Of a stretch of DNA of 64,000 nucleotides, positions 10,519-21,696 are shown one piece after another (positions within the stretch are counted from its first letter, which is position 1; every line of letters starts with the position of its first letter). Both the position numbers and the translations under genes were made by a program. The stretch comes from Nitrospinota bacterium (GTDB lineage: Bacteria > JADFOP01), in assembly GCA_022562795.1 (NCBI GenBank), contig JADFOP010000002.1, positions 1 to 64,000 on the forward strand. The letters run 5' to 3'. The notes beneath the pieces were generated by a model. It was not told the origin of the DNA, made no database searches, and saw only the letters and a program-made list of their open reading frames with translations.

Positions 10519-10656
10519 GGGCCGGGCGATAGCCCCTTCACCGATTTTGCCTCGAGTAGAAAATGAGAAGGAGGAATAACGCCATGGAGTTCGTCCCAAG
10601 AATGACGCTCGCCGACGCCAAGATTATCCTTGAGGCCGTCGAGGGAGGACGGTGAC

Positions 10657-11349
10657 GTGACCGACCTGCTTCCGACCGGCATTGCCGGGCTCGATGCCCT
10701 AATTGGCGGGTTGCCGGTCGGCTCGCGCACGGTGCTCCTCGGCCCGCCCGGGACAGGCAAGACGGTATTCGCCATGCAGTTTTGCTGGACGGGGCTTAGC
10801 ACGGGGGAGCGGGTGGCTTACGACGTATTCGACCGGCCGTGGCCGGCTCTAAAGCGCTACTTCGCCTCCTTCGGGTGGGACCTGGAACCCTACGAGGCCT
10901 CGGGCCAGTTTCTGCCCGTCCAGGCTTTTTCCCACTTCGAGCCCTACCCCCGCGACCCAAGGGTTCGCTACCTTGAAATTTCAGACCTCGATTCCGTTAA
11001 GGCCGTCGACCGGGACCTGAGCAGAGCTGGGGTCCGTAGGTTCGTCTCGGGAGACTTGAGCAGCGCCCTTTTTGGCCGAATCTCGCGCGAAATCCTTCAA
11101 CCCCTAGAGGAGTGGACGGCCGCCTGGACCTTCTACGACGGCATTGCAGGCATCGATATCTTCACCGACGCCCCCCTTGATCGAGCCGCCGAGACCCATC
11201 TTGCCGAGCACCTGGTGGGGGTCCAGGCCATCCTGCGGTTTAGGCTCGAAGGAGAGCAGCGGGCCTTGAAGATTGAAAAACTCGAAGGCTGCGAGCACCC
11301 CCTGTCGTGGATTCCCCTGACCATCACTCCGAAAGGCATAGAGATATAG
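10657..11349 (+). CDS. Single-domain KaiC/RAD55-family RecA-fold ATPase
   Basis: PTGIAGLDALIGG, Walker A GPPGTGKT, C-terminal RALKIEK and ITPKGI. Confidence 0.8.
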   Translation: MTDLLPTGIAGLDALIGGLPVGSRTVLLGPPGTGKTVFAMQFCWTGLSTGERVAYDVFDRPWPALKRYFASFGWDLEPYEASGQFLPVQAFSHFEPYPRDPRVRYLEISDLDSVKAVDRDLSRAGVRRFVSGDLSSALFGRISREILQPLEEWTAAWTFYDGIAGIDIFTDAPLDRAAETHLAEHLVGVQAILRFRLEGEQRALKIEKLEGCEHPLSWIPLTITPKGIEI

Positions 11350-11396
11350 AAGGAGCCTTCCGCCGGGCGGCCGGGAGCCGGAGGGGGTCTGGCCGT

Positions 11397-11789
11397 TCAG
11401 ATGCGTCCGGCCGCCAAGTCCTCGATAAGACGTGCATCGGCGGGAGGGAATGAGAAGGCGGCCATCTCGTCCGGGGCCACCCATAGGACGGCCTCGCAGC
11501 CGACCGCGGCGGGCTCGCCGGCGACCAGGGCGCATTCGTAGAAGTGGAGCTTGACGTTTCTGTCGGGGTAGGTGTGCTCCACGACCCGGAGCAATGCTCC
11601 TACTCGGACGGTGACCCCCAGCTCTTCGGCGCACTCGCGGGCTAGACAGGCCTCCAGGGTTTCACCCTCCTCCCGTTTGCCGCCGGGAAACTCCCACAGG
11701 CCCCCCAGGTGGACTCCGGGCGGGCGTTGGGCTATGAGTAGGGCGCCGTCGCGCCGGATAACGGCGGCTGTAACATCGATCGTCTCCAC
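11397..11789 (-). CDS. mutT: 8-oxo-dGTP diphosphatase (Nudix)
   Basis: GLWEFPGGK...ARECAEELG Nudix box; FPPAD. Confidence 0.88.
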   Translation of the reverse strand: METIDVTAAVIRRDGALLIAQRPPGVHLGGLWEFPGGKREEGETLEACLARECAEELGVTVRVGALLRVVEHTYPDRNVKLHFYECALVAGEPAAVGCEAVLWVAPDEMAAFSFPPADARLIEDLAAGRI

Positions 11790-11795
11790 ACCGGC

Positions 11796-11825
11796 ATTCT
11801 ATGGGTAAGCCGCGAGAACTGTCAA
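11796..11825 (-). promoter_or_regulatory. sigma70-type promoter of mutT (likely leaderless)
   Basis: TTGACA-N18-TAGAAT, ending 6 nt before the GTG start. Confidence 0.6.
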
Positions 11826-11980
11826 TGAACGCGTGGCTGAGAAAGTGCGAACAGTTTTGTATCTCTATCCCCGGTTTTATCCTTATTTAATTTAAACATC
11901 CCTGACGACCAATCGAAGTGGAGCCTGGCTGGATTGTGGCGGCGCTATAATATAAGATTACGATACGAACCCTGACCGCT

Positions 11981-14302
11981 ATGGGAAGGCTCATGGCCCT
12001 CGAGAAACTCACCACCCTAGAGATAATCAGCGAGATCATCGCACGGGCCCATACGCTGCGGGAGCTGCTGGAGCAGATCGTCCATCTCGTGGCGGAACGG
12101 ATGGGCACCGAGGTCTGCTCCATCTACCTCCTAGAGGATGAGATGCTGCGGCTCAAAGCCACCGTGGGCCTCGACGAGGATGCTGTAGACGCGGTTGCCA
12201 TGACAGTACAGGAAGGATTGACCGGTCTCGTCGTTGAGGAAGGCGAAGCTATCGCCGTTGAGGACGCCCACAGCCACCCGCGTTTCAAATATTTCCCCGT
12301 GACACGCGAAGAGCGTTATCACTCCTTCCTGGGGGTGCCGCTCCAGTACCTGGGCGACACCCTTGGGGTAATCACCGTCCAGAAGGTCGAAGCCAAGCCC
12401 TTCGGCCAGGATGAGATAAAGATGCTCAAGGCCACCGCCGGCCAGCTCTCAGGAGTCATCGTCCATGCCCGACTGCTCGACCAAGTTCACAACCAGCAGA
12501 CAGCCGAGCCCTTACCATCGGCCGTGCCCTCGGCGGCGATGGTCCACCGTGGAATTCCCGCCGCCGGTGGAATCGGGGTGGGCACGGTCCACTTCCTCGG
12601 CGCGGCGGGCCGTCTCGGCCCCGTCCGTGAGCGGCGGTCGGCGGACCCAGACCGGGAACGGGCGGACCTTGAGAAGGCCGTCGAGGCATCGTTTCTCGAT
12701 CTGACGCAGATCGAGAAGATGGTCTCCCGGCGCCTCTCAGAGGCCGAGGGGGCCATTTTCCATACCCACCTGCTCATATTGCGGGATCAATGGTTCCTGC
12801 AGCGCATCGAAGAGGAAATCGCCAACGGGTGGAGTGCTGCGACGGCCGTCAGGAGGGCCGTCCAGACCTATGTGGAGCTTTTTGAAAACATCGACGACCC
12901 GTACCTGCGCGAGCGGGCCGTAGATGTCGTTGACGTCGGGCGGAGGCTCGTGGCCAATCTCGTAGGCGAGGAGACCGAACCACCCCCCGCGGATGTCCCC
13001 GAGGAGACGGTCATCGTCGCCGAAGAGATGACGCCGTCGGACCTCGTCGGTCTCGATAAGGCCAAGGTCAAGGGTATCGTTCTGGGGGCTGGGTACACGA
13101 CCTCCCACACCGTCATCCTGGCGAAATCCTTTGGGATTCCCGTTGTGACCGGGGTTGGTCCCATGAAGGAGCTCTTTGTCGAAGGGGAGGAGGTCATTGT
13201 GGACGGCTCCCAGGGGATTGTCTATTGCCGTCCCACCGACGAGATTCGCCATGAGCTCGAGCGCCGCACGGTCTGGCTCAAGGATCGCTCTGCACAACTC
13301 TCCGCCTTGCGGGACCTTCCTTCGGAAACCCTCGACGGCCAGGCGATTTGCCTGGGCGTTAACATTGGGCTTGCTCACGAGGTGGAGGAGGCCGTCCGTC
13401 AGGGGGCCGAAGAAATCGGCCTCTATCGGACGGAGTACGCCTTTGCCATCCGATCGGGCTTTCCCACCGAAAAGGAGCAGGTGGAGATATATCGCCAAAC
13501 GTGTAGCAGTTTCGGCGGACGCTCGGTGACTATAAGGACCCTCGATATTGGCGGCGACAAATCCTTGCCCTACTTCCCCATTGAGGAGCTCAACCCTTTC
13601 CTCGGCTGGCGATCCATCCGAATTTCCCTCGATCGGCCAGACCTATTAGAGGCCCAGCTTCGGGCCATCCTGCGGGTGGCGGCCGACTATCCGGTCCGCA
13701 TCCTCTTTCCCATGATTTCAGGCGTTGGCGAGCTCGGCCAGGCCTTGGTTCACCTCGATATCGCCAAAGAGCAGCTCGAGCGTGAGAATCTTCCCTACGA
13801 CCCAGCAGTGCCCGTAGGGCTGATGGTCGAGGTCCCGGGCGCCGTGGCCGTGATCGATTCTCTTCTGGCCCGCGCCGATTTCGTCTCCATTGGCACCAAC
13901 GACCTCGTCCAGTACATGTTGGCGGTGGACCGGGGTAACAGAAAGGTCGCGAACCTTTACGATCCCCTCCACCCGGCGGTTTTAGAGGCATTGCAGCGAA
14001 TACTCAAGGCGGGCGAGGCTGCGGGCAAGGAGGTCTCGCTCTGCGGGGAGATGGCGGAAGAACCCCTCTACGTGCCGCTCCTTTTGGGGTTGGGGTTCCG
14101 TAGTCTCAGCATGTCTCCCCCGGCGATCCTTGCCGTCAAGGAGGTGGTCAGATCGGTCTACATCGCCGACTGCCAGGCGTTGGCCGCCAAATGTCTCGCC
14201 GCTTCCGATAGCGCATCGAGCCTTCCCCAGCTTGAAGGGTTTCTAGCCGATGCGGTTCCGGACATTCTTGAAGGCCTGACCCCATCTGACGTATTCTCCT
14301 GA
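11981..14302 (+). CDS. ptsP: PTS enzyme I with N-terminal GAF domain (EI-Ntr)
   Basis: GAF domain; TSHTVILA phospho-His; [26 protein letters not shown]. Confidence 0.95.
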   Translation: MGRLMALEKLTTLEIISEIIARAHTLRELLEQIVHLVAERMGTEVCSIYLLEDEMLRLKATVGLDEDAVDAVAMTVQEGLTGLVVEEGEAIAVEDAHSHPRFKYFPVTREERYHSFLGVPLQYLGDTLGVITVQKVEAKPFGQDEIKMLKATAGQLSGVIVHARLLDQVHNQQTAEPLPSAVPSAAMVHRGIPAAGGIGVGTVHFLGAAGRLGPVRERRSADPDRERADLEKAVEASFLDLTQIEKMVSRRLSEAEGAIFHTHLLILRDQWFLQRIEEEIANGWSAATAVRRAVQTYVELFENIDDPYLRERAVDVVDVGRRLVANLVGEETEPPPADVPEETVIVAEEMTPSDLVGLDKAKVKGIVLGAGYTTSHTVILAKSFGIPVVTGVGPMKELFVEGEEVIVDGSQGIVYCRPTDEIRHELERRTVWLKDRSAQLSALRDLPSETLDGQAICLGVNIGLAHEVEEAVRQGAEEIGLYRTEYAFAIRSGFPTEKEQVEIYRQTCSSFGGRSVTIRTLDIGGDKSLPYFPIEELNPFLGWRSIRISLDRPDLLEAQLRAILRVAADYPVRILFPMISGVGELGQALVHLDIAKEQLERENLPYDPAVPVGLMVEVPGAVAVIDSLLARADFVSIGTNDLVQYMLAVDRGNRKVANLYDPLHPAVLEALQRILKAGEAAGKEVSLCGEMAEEPLYVPLLLGLGFRSLSMSPPAILAVKEVVRSVYIADCQALAAKCLAASDSASSLPQLEGFLADAVPDILEGLTPSDVFS

Positions 14303-14470
14303 GACGGCTCATCGTTCCTCTGTACGGGCCCTCTAGAGGGGATTGCCCCGCAGGGCGAAGGCGTTGGGGTGAGGGACGCCGTTCCTCGAACGAGCGCCCT
14401 TGATTTTTCGCACCTCCTGTATTATCTAGACAAGCGACGCTGACACTTGGTTTGAAGGCGGGGAGACGAG

Positions 14471-15469
14471 ATGAGACGAATCAAGCTTGGCCTTCCGAAA
14501 GGAAGCCTGAATACGCCTGGCCGGGGAAACACCGAAAGCATTTTTCTTGACGCCGGGTACGAGATAAAGGGCTATAGCCCGACCCAGGAGTCCGACCGGG
14601 GACTTCGCATCGCCAACGACCCGGAGATCGAGCTTTATTTGACCCGGCCCCAGAGTGCTCCCAGTGAGCTCTCTAGGGGGCTATTGGACATCGCCATCAT
14701 CGGTGCGGACTGGGTCCAAGAGGAGACCATGGGTCGGGACTCCGACCTCGACCTCCTCGCCGACCTTGAGTACGGGCGGGCCCGTCTGGTGGCGGCGATC
14801 CCCATGGAAAACCCTGCCGGCGATCTGACCTCGTTCTTCCAAGCCGAGAGGGCTCGAACCAGCCCCATAATCTGTTACACCGAGTACATCAACCTCACCC
14901 GGTCGCACTTTCTTAAGAACCCGGGCTACCAGGAGCTTTTTGGCCAGAAGCCTCCCTTGGTCCTCGTTAGAGGCATCACCGAGGGCGACAACGAGCAGGT
15001 CCAGGTGATCAACTCAGACGGTGTGACGGAGGGCTACATCGCCAAAGGGGCCGACATGGTGGTCGACAACACGCAGACGGGCTCCACGCTCAAGGCCTAC
15101 GGCTTAAAGGAGATCGACCAGATGATGGTCTCTACGGCCGGACTTTACGGTGGGCCAGCTCTGGAGCGAGATTCGTGGAAGGCTGAGAAGGCCCGCGACA
15201 TCGCCGACCACCTTCTAGGGGTTGTGACGGCGCGGCGGTATAACGACGTAAAGTTCAACGTGCCGAAGGGGCGCTTCGACGACCTAATGACCTACCTCAA
15301 GACCCACCACCTCTACTCGCAATATCCCACGATCAACGAGGCCGGTGACTGGTACGCCGTCAACATCATCGTCCCCAAAGAGATGTGGCCGAAAATCAGC
15401 CGGGAGCTAAAGCGCGACTACGAGGCCAGCGCCATCGTCCGAAGCGACCTCAAGCAGCTCATCCCCTGA
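14471..15469 (+). CDS. hisG: ATP phosphoribosyltransferase, long atypical form
   Basis: LGLPKGSL, LDIAIIGADW, DLEYGRARLVAA, GVTEG, VDNTQTGSTL; C-terminal regulatory domain. Confidence 0.85.
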   Translation: MRRIKLGLPKGSLNTPGRGNTESIFLDAGYEIKGYSPTQESDRGLRIANDPEIELYLTRPQSAPSELSRGLLDIAIIGADWVQEETMGRDSDLDLLADLEYGRARLVAAIPMENPAGDLTSFFQAERARTSPIICYTEYINLTRSHFLKNPGYQELFGQKPPLVLVRGITEGDNEQVQVINSDGVTEGYIAKGADMVVDNTQTGSTLKAYGLKEIDQMMVSTAGLYGGPALERDSWKAEKARDIADHLLGVVTARRYNDVKFNVPKGRFDDLMTYLKTHHLYSQYPTINEAGDWYAVNIIVPKEMWPKISRELKRDYEASAIVRSDLKQLIP

Positions 15470-15516
15470 GGGGACAACCTTCCCACCCGATATTCCCCCT
15501 TAAAGCTCCTTCCCTT

Positions 15517-18500
15517 CTACGGCGCCCCAGCCGGATCAATGGCGGGGATCTCCGGGGAAGTAAGGAGGTCGAGGGCCATCAGGTAGAGAAGCCTGGCCAT
15601 GCGCTCGAGCTTCTCCTCGTCCAGGTTCGCAACGGTGTCTTCGGCCGTGTCCACCCTTCGGTGGTTTGAGGCCTGTAAGCTGAGGACCGGGACGCCCGCG
15701 CGGTGAAAGGGCCAGTGGTCGCCGCCGAAGCGGAAGGCGCGCTCGTCGATGTCGCCCCCTACGACAAGACCGAGCTCTTTAGCGTAGCCTTCGGCCGCAG
15801 CTGCGAGCCCCGGGTAGTGGGAGCGGCCGACGAGATGAGCCACCGCTACGGGGGTGCGCCCGGAGATGGCATCAGCGTTGAGCATCGCCGCAGTCCGGGC
15901 GATGTCGCGAACGGGGTGCGCCACGTAGTAGCGAGACCCGACCTGGCCCCACTCCTCGGCCCCGAAAGCTGCAACCAGCAGGGTGCGTTTGAGCCGCTGG
16001 CGCTGGCGGGCCAGAAGACGAGCGGCTTCCAGGAGAGCCGCCACGCCCGAGGCGTTGTCGTCGGCGCCTAGGAAGAGCTCTCCCCTCGGTCCCGGGCCCA
16101 TACCGTCGTAGTGGGCGCTGAGGATAATAATCTCCCGCCGGAGGATGGGGTCGCTCCCCAGAAGGTATCCAAGGACGTTCTGAGTCGGCCATCGGCGCCG
16201 CCTGTAGTGAAGGTTGAGGCGGATGGTGACGGGGGATTCTCCGGCGTCCCCAAGCCAGGGTCGCCACGAATCGGCCCCGGGCAGCAGGACCACGGGAAGG
16301 GACGGAACCTCTATCGACTCGCTTCGTGACTGGAGCTTCATGATCTCCATCGGCAGCGAGGAGAACCGGCCCTTTGCCTTGAGCCTTCTTGCGTGGGCCT
16401 TTAGGCCAGGGGAGGCCAGAGAGGGGTAGGCCGTGAGGGGGACGTAGGCCTCAGGCATCGGCCCGCTGAGAGCCACCAACAGGACCGCCGCCCCCCGCTC
16501 GGCGGCTGCCGCAATCTTCATCTCCAGGGCCTGGAGGGGACCTTCCGGCTCCGGCGCCCCCTCCGGCAAGCCGTCCTTGACCAGTACGGCTTTTCCAAAT
16601 ACGTCTTTCCAGCGTAGTCGTCTCGCTCCGGGGTGGTGAGGCCGTACCCGGCCTCAACGACAGCCGCGTCGTATGCCCCCTCGGGAGAGCCGATGACGGG
16701 CCACCCATCAAGGTCCTGGTGCTCTTCGCCACGGCTCAGCCGAAGATGGAAGAATCCAATATCGGGTAGCGTCAGGGTGAACGACTGCCTCCACGAGCGA
16801 GTTTTCCCAACGTCTACCACCGCCTCGAAGCCCGCCCGCTCGAGCTGCTCCGCAATATAGCGGGCCGCCTGGCGGTCGCCGGTCGTTCCGGGCAACCGCC
16901 CCCGGAGCGATGGGCTGGCAAGGGCCCGAACGTGCTCCATGAGGGCCCCTCGGGCGATGGGCCGGGCGAGGGTTATGGCGGCGCTGTGGCGGGCCGGCGT
17001 GTGGGGAGGCTCGGTCACTCCCCGGACGATGGGCCTTCCGGCCCGGAAGACTACGTAGCTATCCCACCCATAGTAGAAGAGGAGGCGGGCCCGCTCGAGG
17101 GCGGGCTCGGAGAAGCCGACGTAGAATCCGACGAAGTGGTCCGGGTTCAATGGGTTGCGGGAAACCAGGAGGCCAGAATCGGTCGGGTCGTCGAAGGTCT
17201 CCTCGAGCACGCGGATCGCCTTATCTTCGAGCCTGGTCCCCGGCGGCAGTCCATCGCGAAGGGGCTGGAAGCGGGCCAGTGTTCGGACCTGCCCGAACAG
17301 CAGCACCGATGCGCCACGCAGGCGGTCCTCGGTCACCAAGCCCGGCGTCACTACTTTGGCATTCGTCCGCGCCGCGGCCCGCTCGGCGAGGTCGCGATAG
17401 ATTCTCCACAGCGGATCCTGGCCAACGTCGGGTACGACCAGCAGCGCGGGCGTATCCTCCAGCAGGGCGTTTAGGGAGGGCACCACCTCTTGGGCAGCGA
17501 CGGCGCGGAAAAGGTGACCTTCGGGGTCGAGCTCGACGGCCCGGGGCTGTACGTCCGTCTCAAAGACGAAGGAGGCAGAGGGCCCGGAGAGCTCGATCAT
17601 CGTCTCCCGGAAAGCGGCGCCGGAGGCGAGCCGGACCGGGACCGAGAGGCGATAGGGTTCGCTTTCCTGGACGAGGGTGCCCTTCACCCGGAAGCCTCCG
17701 GGCGATGGTTGAATCGAAACGTCCCTAAGGGCCAGTACTGGGGCGCCGGGACGGCTCACCCACTGGTCGAAAAACCAGCTTAAGTCCTGGCCGCTTGCGG
17801 CCTCGAAGAGCCTTCGGAAGTCCGCCCACGTGGCTTGGCGCCCCCCGAATCGCTTGACCACCGCCCGCAACGTCTCCCAGAAGGTCTCCTCACCCACTTG
17901 GCGGCGGAGCATGTGGAAAACCATCGCCCCCTTTCCGTAGCCGACCGCGCTTTCGACGCCCTCGTGCTTCGTGTCGTAGGCCACCAGTGGGATCTCCCGG
18001 TCCGACTTCACACGTACAGCGTACCTCTGGAGGGTACGGCGTCGCCAGGCGCGAGCGGCAGCCAGGCCCTCGTTGCGCTCACGCAAGTAGTAGTTGGCGC
18101 AATATGTCGTCAGCGCTTCGGCCCAGTTACCCGAGCCGGGCCGGGCGAAGACGTAGTTGCCCCACCAGGAGTGGACGATTTCGTGATCGAGGTAGCCCGG
18201 ACTGAGCGCATCTTCCCCCCGGGCGATAACGCCCGGGCCCATCAGGGTCAAGCCAGGCATCGCCAGGCCGCTGGAGAAGAAGTTCTCAACGATGTCGAAT
18301 TTCGCGAAGGGGTAAGGGCCCAGAAGCTCGCTGTAGAGGGCGATGTAGCGGGCAGCAGCCTCAAGGTACTGGGCTGCGAGCTCGTCCGAGCCGGTCAGAA
18401 AATAGGCCGAAAGGGTAACAGGGCCAATTGTCCTCGAGGTGATGCGGTAGGGACCGGCCACGAGGGTGAGTCCCCCCGCCCCAACGGCGCTCGTCCAGCG

Positions 18501-19112
18501 GCTTAAGGAACGGCCGGCCTCCTGGCGGCGCTCGACCAGGCGGCCCTGGGTAACGACCCGAAAGGGCTCGGCAACGGAGGCTTCGACGATGAAGCGGGCC
18601 AGCCCGCCCTCGGCGGTGTCAGGGTACCAGCCGGTCGAGGCGTCAAGGAATACACCCTCGGTTCCGATGAGACCGCTTGTTGAACCGCCCCGGACGAAAG
18701 CTAGGGTGTCGGCCTTGCGGACCGGGTCGTAGATGAAGCCGTCGTAAGTGACTTCGATGGCCTTTGGCGCGCTGAAGAAGCCACCGAGGGAGACGGCCAC
18801 CTCCCGGCGGTGGTCGGGGCCCGGCCGGACGACGAATGTCAGTGTGTCCCCGGAGGGCATCGCTTTGACTGAGCGGACGACTAGGTCCTTGTGCAGGAGG
18901 AGGCGGAGCGTGGAGCCTCCAGAGACCCCTTGTAGCTTGATCCGGTCTGTGGCCTCCAGGCGATGGGTGGCCGGCTCAAGCCGGACCGACAGAGCGTGGG
19001 AGGAGACGGGAGAGGAGGCCGAGGCCGCAGGCGGCGGGAGGGCCCAAGTCGCCAGGGAGAGGCCGAGGGGGATGGTTAGGGCAAGGTGGCGGAGGCGGAA
19101 TGGGAAGGCCAT
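15517..19112 (-). pseudogene. Secreted M1 aminopeptidase + PA + M28 peptidase fusion, interrupted by a one-base frameshift at ~16607
   Basis: M1 HEIVH...E motif; M28 SAHYD, GADDNASG, FGAEE, GDH. A -1 shift restores the PA motif DDYAGKDVFGKAVLV. Confidence 0.8.
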
Positions 19113-19145
19113 AGGTCTCTCCTCGAGCTGGCGGCAATGGGCGCC

Positions 19146-19241
19146 ATTATAAGGAGCGGTGGTGAGGCTGGCAAGGGACGGGGCACACCAGGCTGCAGGC
19201 GGGCTTTTTGCTTGACAGCCCTCCCGGGGGAGTCGTCTAAT
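19146..19241. promoter_or_regulatory. Divergent sigma70 promoters (peptidase and TauE genes)
   Basis: Minus strand TTGCCA-N17-TATAAT (19174-19146); plus strand TTGACA-N18-TCTAAT (19212-19241). Confidence 0.5.
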
Positions 19242-19338
19242 GGAGTGCCCCAGAGCGGGATACCATCCGCCAGGCTTTATCAGGCAGACTGAAGAGACGT
19301 CCATGGCTGTATTCTCCAAACAGTAGGTTGCGACCGTA

Positions 19339-20112
19339 ATGGTCCACCTCGCCGTCTTTGTCCTCGCCGCTTTTATATCCACCCTCGGCGTTGGTGGTGG
19401 CGTCTTCTACGTGCCCATTTTCTTGGGCTTTGGCCTCTCCTTTCACCAGGCTACTACCGCTAGTTTACTCATCATCGCGATAACGGGCTTGAGCGCCGCT
19501 AGCGTCTACCACCGTGAGGGGTTGGTGGATTGGCGCCTGGCCCTCTTGCTCGATCCAGTCAAAGATGTAGGGGCGTTCGTTGGTGGCTTGTATGCTGGCT
19601 TGCTTGGCGAGCGCTTGCTATCGTTGCTCTTCGCGGCCGTGCTTGTCGGTGGCAGCGTCTTGATGATCCGCCAGAAGAACGATGAAGCCCTTGGCGCGGA
19701 GGACTCATCAAGCGGCTGGAGCCGTAGGGTGGGCGGTGAGGCCTATTCGGTCAATTTCATCGTGGTAATTCCCTGCTGCCTGGCTGCGGGCCTCCTCTCA
19801 GGCCTCCTCGGCATCGGGGGAGGAATTTTCATGATTCCCTTGATGGTGCTCGCAATGCGGGTGCCGATGAGGGTCGCCGTTGCTACATCAGCATTCATGG
19901 TCTGCCTGACGGGGACCTTCGGGTTCATCGGCGGCGCCATGGCCGGCCAATTCATCCCCTCGACGGGCCTTTTTCTGGCATTCTCGGGTTTCTTGGGAGC
20001 CCAGGTGGGCCCGCGGGTCATGGTCCGCCTCGACAAAAACCGCCTCCGCCAGGTCTTCATTGTGTTCTTGTACATTGTAGCGGCGCTGATGGTCTACAGG
20101 GGGATTGCGTGA
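19339..20112 (+). CDS. Sulfite exporter TauE/SafE family membrane protein
   Basis: Two LGxGGG repeats, multiple TMs, AVATS. Confidence 0.88.
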   Translation: MVHLAVFVLAAFISTLGVGGGVFYVPIFLGFGLSFHQATTASLLIIAITGLSAASVYHREGLVDWRLALLLDPVKDVGAFVGGLYAGLLGERLLSLLFAAVLVGGSVLMIRQKNDEALGAEDSSSGWSRRVGGEAYSVNFIVVIPCCLAAGLLSGLLGIGGGIFMIPLMVLAMRVPMRVAVATSAFMVCLTGTFGFIGGAMAGQFIPSTGLFLAFSGFLGAQVGPRVMVRLDKNRLRQVFIVFLYIVAALMVYRGIA

Positions 20113-20282
20113 GGACGAGCCAGCTGGCTCGGCTCTCTAGTCCCACCAGAGGTAGGGAAAACTAGGGCTTTGTTTCCCTGGGATAATCGAACCTTATTAT
20201 TCCCTTAACCCTATCAGAGCGGTTCCCCTAAAAGCCCTTCATGCCAGTATCCTGACGGGGCGAGTGGGACCAGCTATAGCAT

Positions 20283-20309
20283 TAATTTCTTTAGCCCTAA
20301 CGCCGATAA
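20283..20309 (+). promoter_or_regulatory. sigma28 (FliA)-type promoter upstream of the HD-GYP gene
   Basis: TAAT-N15-GCCGATAA versus consensus TAAA-N15-GCCGATAA. Confidence 0.55.
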
Positions 20310-20478
20310 GAAGAAAAGGTAGGAATCCACCCTGGGGAGTGCCTCCCCGGGGGAGGTGATGTCCTGTTAGGCATAAAAGGGCTTGAAACGGCCAACCTGC
20401 TTAGAGGTGTGGGGATTGTTTGAGGGAGCAGCCGATTTCACATGATTCAGAAACCAACTTTAAGTAAAGCAGACGGCG

Positions 20479-21696
20479 ATGATTAAAAAAATCAAAGTTG
20501 AACAACTCAAGCCAGGGATGTTCGTTCACAATATCAACTGTTCCTGGCTTGATCACCCATTCCTGAAATCCAATGTAATGCTTAATAGCGATAAGATGAT
20601 TAGAAAAATCATAGATATCGGGATCCGTGAAGTGCACATCGATACACGTCGAGGATTGGATATCGATGAGGTTCAGGCTGTAGAGGAATTGCAGCAGGAT
20701 ATTTCATCTGAACTCATGGAGGTTGCTGAAGGAGAACGGGAGGTTTTCAACCGCATTTCTCTTCAAGAGGAACTTGAACAAGCGAAGGAGATTAAAAGGG
20801 AAGCCAAACAACTAATCAAAAACATCATGGAAGATTTAAGGTACGGAAAGCAGCTCGAATTGGAGCGGGCCGACAATTTGATAGAGAAGATGATCAATTC
20901 TATATTCCGCAACTCAGATGCGCTTCTAGGTATTTCCAGAATCAAAAAAGTAGATGAATATACCTTTATGCATTCTGTTAGTGTCTGCGCTTTAATGATC
21001 TCGTATTGTCGGCAATTAAGCTTTGACCCTGAGGTGATCAGAAAGGTGGGCATAGGTGCACTGTTGCACGACATCGGTAAGGTAAGGACCCCCCTCGACA
21101 TCCTTAACAAAAACACTCCATTATCGGCGGGAGAATCCGAGATTATAAAAAAACACGTTGAGCACGGGTGCAATATCCTTTCGCAAACATCTGGCATCAC
21201 CCAAACGTCAATGCTCGTAGTCGCCGAGCACCACGAACGATATGATGGCACGGGGTACCCAAAAGGTTTGAAGGGGGAGGAAATTAGCATATTTGGTCAG
21301 ATGGCGGGCATAGCAGATGTGTATGACGCCTTGACATCCGATAGACCTTATCGGAAAAGACTGGAGCCCAGCGAGGCGTTAAAAAGGATTCTTAATTGGG
21401 ACAAGTTCAATTTTAACGAGGAGATGGTGCACCAATTTATTCGTTGCGTGGGCATTTATCCCATCGGTTCTCTTGTTCGACTGGAAAGCGGCTTGCTGGG
21501 AGTGGTTATAGAGCAAGGGACAAAAGACCTTTTGCATCCAGTTGTCCAGGTGGTTTACGATCCTAAAAGGAGAGGGTTGATCGAGCCATATATCATAAAC
21601 CTTTCTGAACTGAAGGTTAAACATGAAGATAGCATCATATGTCACGAATCGCCGGAGAAATGGGATATAAATCCGCACGGTTTTCTGGAAGATTAA
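20479..21696 (+). CDS. HD-GYP c-di-GMP phosphodiesterase with DUF3391-like N-terminus
   Basis: LKPGMFV N-terminus, LLHDIGK, HHERYDGTGYP, DVYDALTSDRPY, GIYPIGSLVRL. Confidence 0.92.
   Translation: MIKKIKVEQLKPGMFVHNINCSWLDHPFLKSNVMLNSDKMIRKIIDIGIREVHIDTRRGLDIDEVQAVEELQQDISSELMEVAEGEREVFNRISLQEELEQAKEIKREAKQLIKNIMEDLRYGKQLELERADNLIEKMINSIFRNSDALLGISRIKKVDEYTFMHSVSVCALMISYCRQLSFDPEVIRKVGIGALLHDIGKVRTPLDILNKNTPLSAGESEIIKKHVEHGCNILSQTSGITQTSMLVVAEHHERYDGTGYPKGLKGEEISIFGQMAGIADVYDALTSDRPYRKRLEPSEALKRILNWDKFNFNEEMVHQFIRCVGIYPIGSLVRLESGLLGVVIEQGTKDLLHPVVQVVYDPKRRGLIEPYIINLSELKVKHEDSIICHESPEKWDINPHGFLED

Noticed and set aside
19303-19341. In-frame ATG...TAG upstream of tauE (and a similar case before the HNH gene) hinting at amber recoding
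   Set aside because: TAG terminates many conserved genes here (rho, gap, pgk, tpiA, hisB) and prfA is intact, so genome-wide reassignment is unsupported.
20335-20360. Possible att duplicate of the tRNA-Arg 3' end (CCCCGGGGGAGG)
   Set aside because: Match to GCCCGGGAGG is too short and imperfect.
20120-20478. c-di-GMP riboswitch upstream of the HD-GYP gene
   Set aside because: No recognisable GEMM-type tetraloop/receptor consensus by eye; it would need an Rfam scan.
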